Shown here: in pieces, positions 60,901-64,000 of the stretch
Layout of the letters: each line of letters begins with the position of its first letter
Numbering within the stretch: position 1 is the first letter of the stretch
Origin: Campylobacterota bacterium
GTDB taxonomy: Bacteria; Campylobacterota; Campylobacteria; Campylobacterales; Sulfurimonadaceae
DNA: 64,000 bases
Reading direction: 5' to 3'
Assembly: GCA_023379705.1 (NCBI GenBank)
Contig: JAMCPS010000032.1
Coordinates: forward strand, 10,090 to 74,089
Notes under the pieces: generated by a model
What the model saw: only the letters and a program-made list of their open reading frames with translations
What the model was told of the DNA's origin: nothing
Databases searched by the model: none
Program-made: the position numbers and the translations under genes

Positions 60901-62234
60901 TGCAGATGCCCAATATGGATGGAGCAGATCTGGGTGAAGAAATTCGTAATATACGTCAATGCGATGATATGAAGATGATCATGATGACGTCATTGGGCTC
61001 GCGAAATGATGCGCAGCGTTTTGCTGAGATTGGATTCGATGCTTTTTTTGCCAAACCCACTACGGCCAAAGATTTGCTCAATGCGCTCAAAATACTGTTT
61101 GAGGATGGAGCGGTGCTGGGGGGTGCCGCTCCGCTGGTAACTAAGGATTATTTAGGGACACTTCAAGAGAATACGCAGATCCAATGGCCGCTTGATACAC
61201 GTATTTTGCTAGTAGATGACAATCCTACCAACCAAATCGTAGCACAGGGGATGCTGGGAATGATCGGTTTGGAGGCAGATGTTGCTTCCAATGGGTTAGA
61301 AGCGCTCGAAGCGATGCAATTAGCGCTAAGCGCCGCACAACCTTATACGCTTATTTTAATGGATTGTCAGATGCCTGAAATGGATGGATACGCCGCATCA
61401 ACGGCAATTCGAGAGGGAGAAGCGGGAGAAGCATATCTAAAGGTTCCAATTGTTGCAATGACGGCCAATGCCATGGCAGGGGATCGTGAAAAATGCCTTA
61501 TTGCAGGGATGAGCGATTATGTGACCAAGCCGATCAATCTTGATACGCTTACGTTAACGTTGCTAAAATGGTTGGATGGAGCGGTTGCTGCGGAGAAGTT
61601 GAATGTTGATATGTCCAAGCCAAAAGACCACACCCCTGACAAAGAAGCACAAGAACTTAAGTTGTGGGATGAAGCCGATGCGCTTAAGCGGTTGGGCGGT
61701 AAAAAAGAGCTCTTGATAAAAATAATGCAGTCATTTGTGGATGAAAGTCGCAGAATGATGAGTGCGCTTGGCACGGCAATCACTCAAGATGATTTGCCCA
61801 ACATACAGCTACACGCACATTCTATCAAAGGATCAGCAGCGAATGTATCGGCACAACAGCTGCAGGCATTGGCAAAAACGATAGAATTTTCAGCGAAGAA
61901 TGGGAATAAAAGTACGCTCAAAAAGGAATTTGTCAGTTTGGAAGAAGTAATGCAAGAGGTATGTGCGGTATTTGAAAAAGTACTCAAGCAAGAAGCCCAG
62001 CCTGTAATACGAAAACAACGGATGGATTCGTTGCAGATGGCCATAAAACTGCAAAATCTTAAAAAAGAGATTGAAGCGGGAGCGTATATTGACACCGATG
62101 CGCTTGATATTTTTGGTGATTATGCCGATGAAGAGTTTACGGCTCGTATGAGTATGCTTAAAGGGCATATAGATCGATTTAATACGTCTGAAGCGCTTGC
62201 GCTTTTGGAAACTATTATGGCAGGATTGGAATAA
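57897..62234 (+). CDS. Hybrid sensor histidine kinase (TM-dCache-TM-HAMP-PAS-PAS-HisKA-HATPase-REC-REC-Hpt)
   Basis: FLATMSHEIRTPMNG, NL..NAVKFT, DSGIGI, GGTGLGL, two REC domains (LLDMQMP, LMDCQMP) and Hpt AHSIKGSA. Confidence 0.95.
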   Translation: MILKVKALYRKLFRSLGFTLLFWFLTLSIIPVVIIAWYGYAHTVKSVDEMQRNKLANTAILNVAALNENFYGAAKNLRIWSQLRAPRDVLSLLRGRYANRSQSLDVFVHSEEYAKWIENQPDTILTLSKEYEYVYDLFLIDLEGNILYTIKKESDLGTNLLNGLYSKTRFAQTYRRSLADGKAHFSDLERYAPSADALTGFITQPILDDSGKMVGIMGLQLNMNVLFDSLKDKREGVSQYLVGADGLLRSSVGDPDEVLKRRISTKVFWNWYNEHGIHGQYPDKMSEKASFYIGPNGKKVLGEHRSINLMGIRWVDISEMDESEVLAIPNRLFTMIIIFSLIVASVVVFVGIIIARRIVKPIELLSEASKQYMSGTKEVYVAVEAANEIGELGSVFNALIEKQEYDAEKLDYLAKKAQKTLDELKEQKYALDAHSIVAITDVKGTITFVNSKFEEISGYKNDELIGKNHRLLNSGLHGIEFWKEMYHTVSHGAIWHGEVCNVAKNGSYYWVDTTIVPFMDEHKKPVSYIAIRTDITERKAIQDSLSEAMQLQKAIFENAGVAIITTDTEGTITAFNGAAEEMLGYKAQELVGKQSPAILHKLDEVVKRAEELSRELGEVVEPGFKVFVIKNDYNMPNAHEWTYVRKDGSEIPVYLNVTALYDADGKTSGYMGIASDVSLFKEAERQMLIAKEAAESSAQIKSEFLATMSHEIRTPMNGVLGMLGLLSHSNLDETQRHQIRVASNSANSLLGLINDILDFSKVEAGKMELELIELNLRDELGKFIEAIAFRAQEKGLELILDTTKLTRSTVITDPGRLRQILTNLISNAVKFTHRGEVLVSVMLDELDTDHGRLRIDVRDSGIGIAADKIDSLFESFSQADNSTTRKYGGTGLGLAIVKKLCELMDGKIWITSVEHEGSTFHIDIGVGLGATSALSIPSVSVANKSVLVVDDNETNRAVVRAQLEIWGMEVHEAEDPIIAFDSCQIRIAQGHIPPYNVALLDMQMPNMDGADLGEEIRNIRQCDDMKMIMMTSLGSRNDAQRFAEIGFDAFFAKPTTAKDLLNALKILFEDGAVLGGAAPLVTKDYLGTLQENTQIQWPLDTRILLVDDNPTNQIVAQGMLGMIGLEADVASNGLEALEAMQLALSAAQPYTLILMDCQMPEMDGYAASTAIREGEAGEAYLKVPIVAMTANAMAGDREKCLIAGMSDYVTKPINLDTLTLTLLKWLDGAVAAEKLNVDMSKPKDHTPDKEAQELKLWDEADALKRLGGKKELLIKIMQSFVDESRRMMSALGTAITQDDLPNIQLHAHSIKGSAANVSAQQLQALAKTIEFSAKNGNKSTLKKEFVSLEEVMQEVCAVFEKVLKQEAQPVIRKQRMDSLQMAIKLQNLKKEIEAGAYIDTDALDIFGDYADEEFTARMSMLKGHIDRFNTSEALALLETIMAGLE

Positions 62235-62237
62235 AAA

Positions 62238-63131
62238 ATGAATACTAAAGCGGTCGTATTAATTGTAGATGATGTTTCCACTAATGTGCAAACATTGGCC
62301 CTTTTGCTCAAAGAAGAGTATGATATAAAAGTAGCGACAGGAGGGGCAAGAGCGCTGGAACTTGCAAGTCAAGACCCGATACCTGATTTAATATTATTGG
62401 ATGTGCAGATGCCGGAGATAAATGGGTATGACGTATTTAAATTACTCAAAGAAGAGAGTATCACGGCCAAAATACCGATTATCTTTATTACAGGAAAAGA
62501 CGCGATTGAAGACGAAGAATATGGATTGGAGTTGGGTGCTGTGGATTATATCGCCAAACCTATACGCCCCTCAATCGTTAAAGCACGGGTTAAAACGCAC
62601 ATCACACTTAAGCAGCAGCATGATCAGCTCATAGGGATGGCAACACACGATCAGTTAACGGGATTGTATAATCGTCACTTTTTGAGTGATGTTCTCGGTA
62701 AAAAAGTATCTGAGAGTAAACGCCACAATCATGCACTGTCGGTGATTATTGTTGACATTGATCATTTTAAAAATGTGAATGATACGTTTGGTCATTTAAC
62801 GGGGGATATTATTTTGAAAGCTGTTGCCAAAATTATGGAAAACAGCGCACGCAAAGAGGATGTAGCCGCACGTTTTGGCGGTGAAGAATTTATCATGGTT
62901 TTGGACAGCTGTACAGCAGAGGATGCACTGGTAAAAGCAGAAAAATTACGCAGTGAAATTGAGGCATTGCATCCTGAGGGCATTTTGGTGACAGCGAGTT
63001 TTGGAGTGGCACAGCTACAGCAGGATATGCAACGGTACGAAGATCTTTTAAAAAACGCAGACACAGCACTGTATATCGCCAAGGAAGAAGGGCGAAACCG
63101 TGTTGTTTTGTATGAAAAGAAAGCGTTATGA
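62238..63131 (+). CDS. REC-GGDEF diguanylate cyclase response regulator
   Basis: VDD, LLDVQMP, D.LTGLYNR, DIDHFK.VND.FGH..GD, RKED I-site and GGEEF. Confidence 0.95.
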   Translation: MNTKAVVLIVDDVSTNVQTLALLLKEEYDIKVATGGARALELASQDPIPDLILLDVQMPEINGYDVFKLLKEESITAKIPIIFITGKDAIEDEEYGLELGAVDYIAKPIRPSIVKARVKTHITLKQQHDQLIGMATHDQLTGLYNRHFLSDVLGKKVSESKRHNHALSVIIVDIDHFKNVNDTFGHLTGDIILKAVAKIMENSARKEDVAARFGGEEFIMVLDSCTAEDALVKAEKLRSEIEALHPEGILVTASFGVAQLQQDMQRYEDLLKNADTALYIAKEEGRNRVVLYEKKAL

Positions 63132-64000
63132 GAGAGTTGATCGGGCGTAAAATTTTTCTCTATTTTGCGTTATACATTGCCCTCATGGGTGCTGTCTCAT
63201 CTTTGTTGTATTTTCGTTACGAAAGCTTGACAAATGCTTATGTTCAAGCTCATGTTAAAGAGTTTGATGACCGTACGCAAAGCTACCAGTCGATGCAGCA
63301 GCGAATGATGGATAACTATTATGGGATGTTTCTGGACTCTCCCAAGGTGTCACAAATGATGCATCAAGCAAAGCACAGTGACGAGGCAGGGAAGATGATT
63401 CTGCGCCAAGAACTCTACAATCGAATGAAAGTGGTGTTTGATTCACTGCAGGAGTTTGATACGCGGGTGCTGTTTTTTCATTTGCCTGAGCAAATTGCCT
63501 TTTTACGTGTCCATGAGCCAAAAAAGTTTGGAGATGAGCTTAGCAGTGTGCGGCCAATTGTTGTTTATGCACAACAGACACAAAAGAAAGTAGTTGCTTT
63601 TGAAACGGGAAAATATGCAAGTCATTTTCGCAGTATTTATCCCTTATTTCATAAGGGGTATTTTACAGGGACGGTAGAAATTGCTTATCCCTTTTTAGCA
63701 CTCAAACGACAAGCAATGCTTCAAGATCAGGGAGCCTATACCTTTTTGATTAAGCGCAGCATGCTAACAAAAAAATCAAAACATGAAGATATGATCAAAC
63801 GTTATCAAGATTCTCTTTTTGGTTCAGAATACATCGAAGACCAAGAAAGTGCGTTGCTTAAAGACGCACAGGGATTTGCAAAAGGGGAGCTAGAATCATT
63901 GCTCGCCGAAAATAAAGAAAAAATTCTCAAAGGGCTAAAAGAAGAAAAATTACAAGGAATACAACTCATTCACAGGGGAACATATGCCCTGATGGTTTTA
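63128..64000 (+). CDS. Membrane sensor protein with dCache_3-type periplasmic domain (partial; runs off the window)
   Basis: Not in the ORF track. The ATG overlaps the upstream stop. MRELIGRKIFLYFALYIALMG (TM)...FHLP...AFLRVHEPKKFGDELSSVRP...FETGK....FR.IYPLF..G...GTVE. Confidence 0.85.
   Translation, partial: MRELIGRKIFLYFALYIALMGAVSSLLYFRYESLTNAYVQAHVKEFDDRTQSYQSMQQRMMDNYYGMFLDSPKVSQMMHQAKHSDEAGKMILRQELYNRMKVVFDSLQEFDTRVLFFHLPEQIAFLRVHEPKKFGDELSSVRPIVVYAQQTQKKVVAFETGKYASHFRSIYPLFHKGYFTGTVEIAYPFLALKRQAMLQDQGAYTFLIKRSMLTKKSKHEDMIKRYQDSLFGSEYIEDQESALLKDAQGFAKGELESLLAENKEKILKGLKEEKLQGIQLIHRGTYALMVL

Overview
This is a core-chromosome window of roughly 40% GC from a sulfur-oxidising Campylobacterota (Epsilonproteobacteria) bacterium, most like Sulfuricurvum or Sulfurimonas; that taxonomy is inferred from gene content, synteny and TGnTATAAT promoters. 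Housekeeping blocks are rqcH/NFACT-cdsA-dxr-tsaD, tpx, recA-eno-ftsB-AMIN, mqnD-fliQ-murB, purM, speE-like-coaE-dapF, rpsT-prfA, glmM-lspA, tRNA-Val(GAC), thrS-infC-rpmI-rplT, rsmA-rnj-thyX and hisF-rlmN. Five accessory modules stand out. (1) At the left edge, a BtuB-like TonB-dependent receptor has an upstream ORF with a Pro-Pro motif placed right before a 9-bp hairpin that buries the receptor's Shine-Dalgarno site. This is a candidate undescribed ribosome-stalling attenuator, with no recognisable cobalamin riboswitch. (2) An apparently catalytically dead serine-resolvase/HTH protein is translationally coupled to ccoG. (3) An A2-type heme-copper oxidase operon (sco-coxA-coxC-coxD-coxB-ctaB) lies just downstream of the tRNA, and its subunit II carries a CcoP-like di-heme c tail. 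(4) A THI5/NMT1-sensor diguanylate cyclase is paired with a Tsx-like porin. (5) A region of about 20 kb holds an F9-like cytoplasmic chemosensory cluster (PAS protein, double-signalling-domain DosM-like receptor, triple CheW, CheB, HEAT protein, CheR, two CheY, CheZ-like protein, CheA, CheW, STAS-like protein, ParA), which runs into a binding-protein/hybrid-kinase/GGDEF module. No CRISPR array, rRNA, transposase or integrase was seen. All calls come from motif recognition by eye, without database searches.
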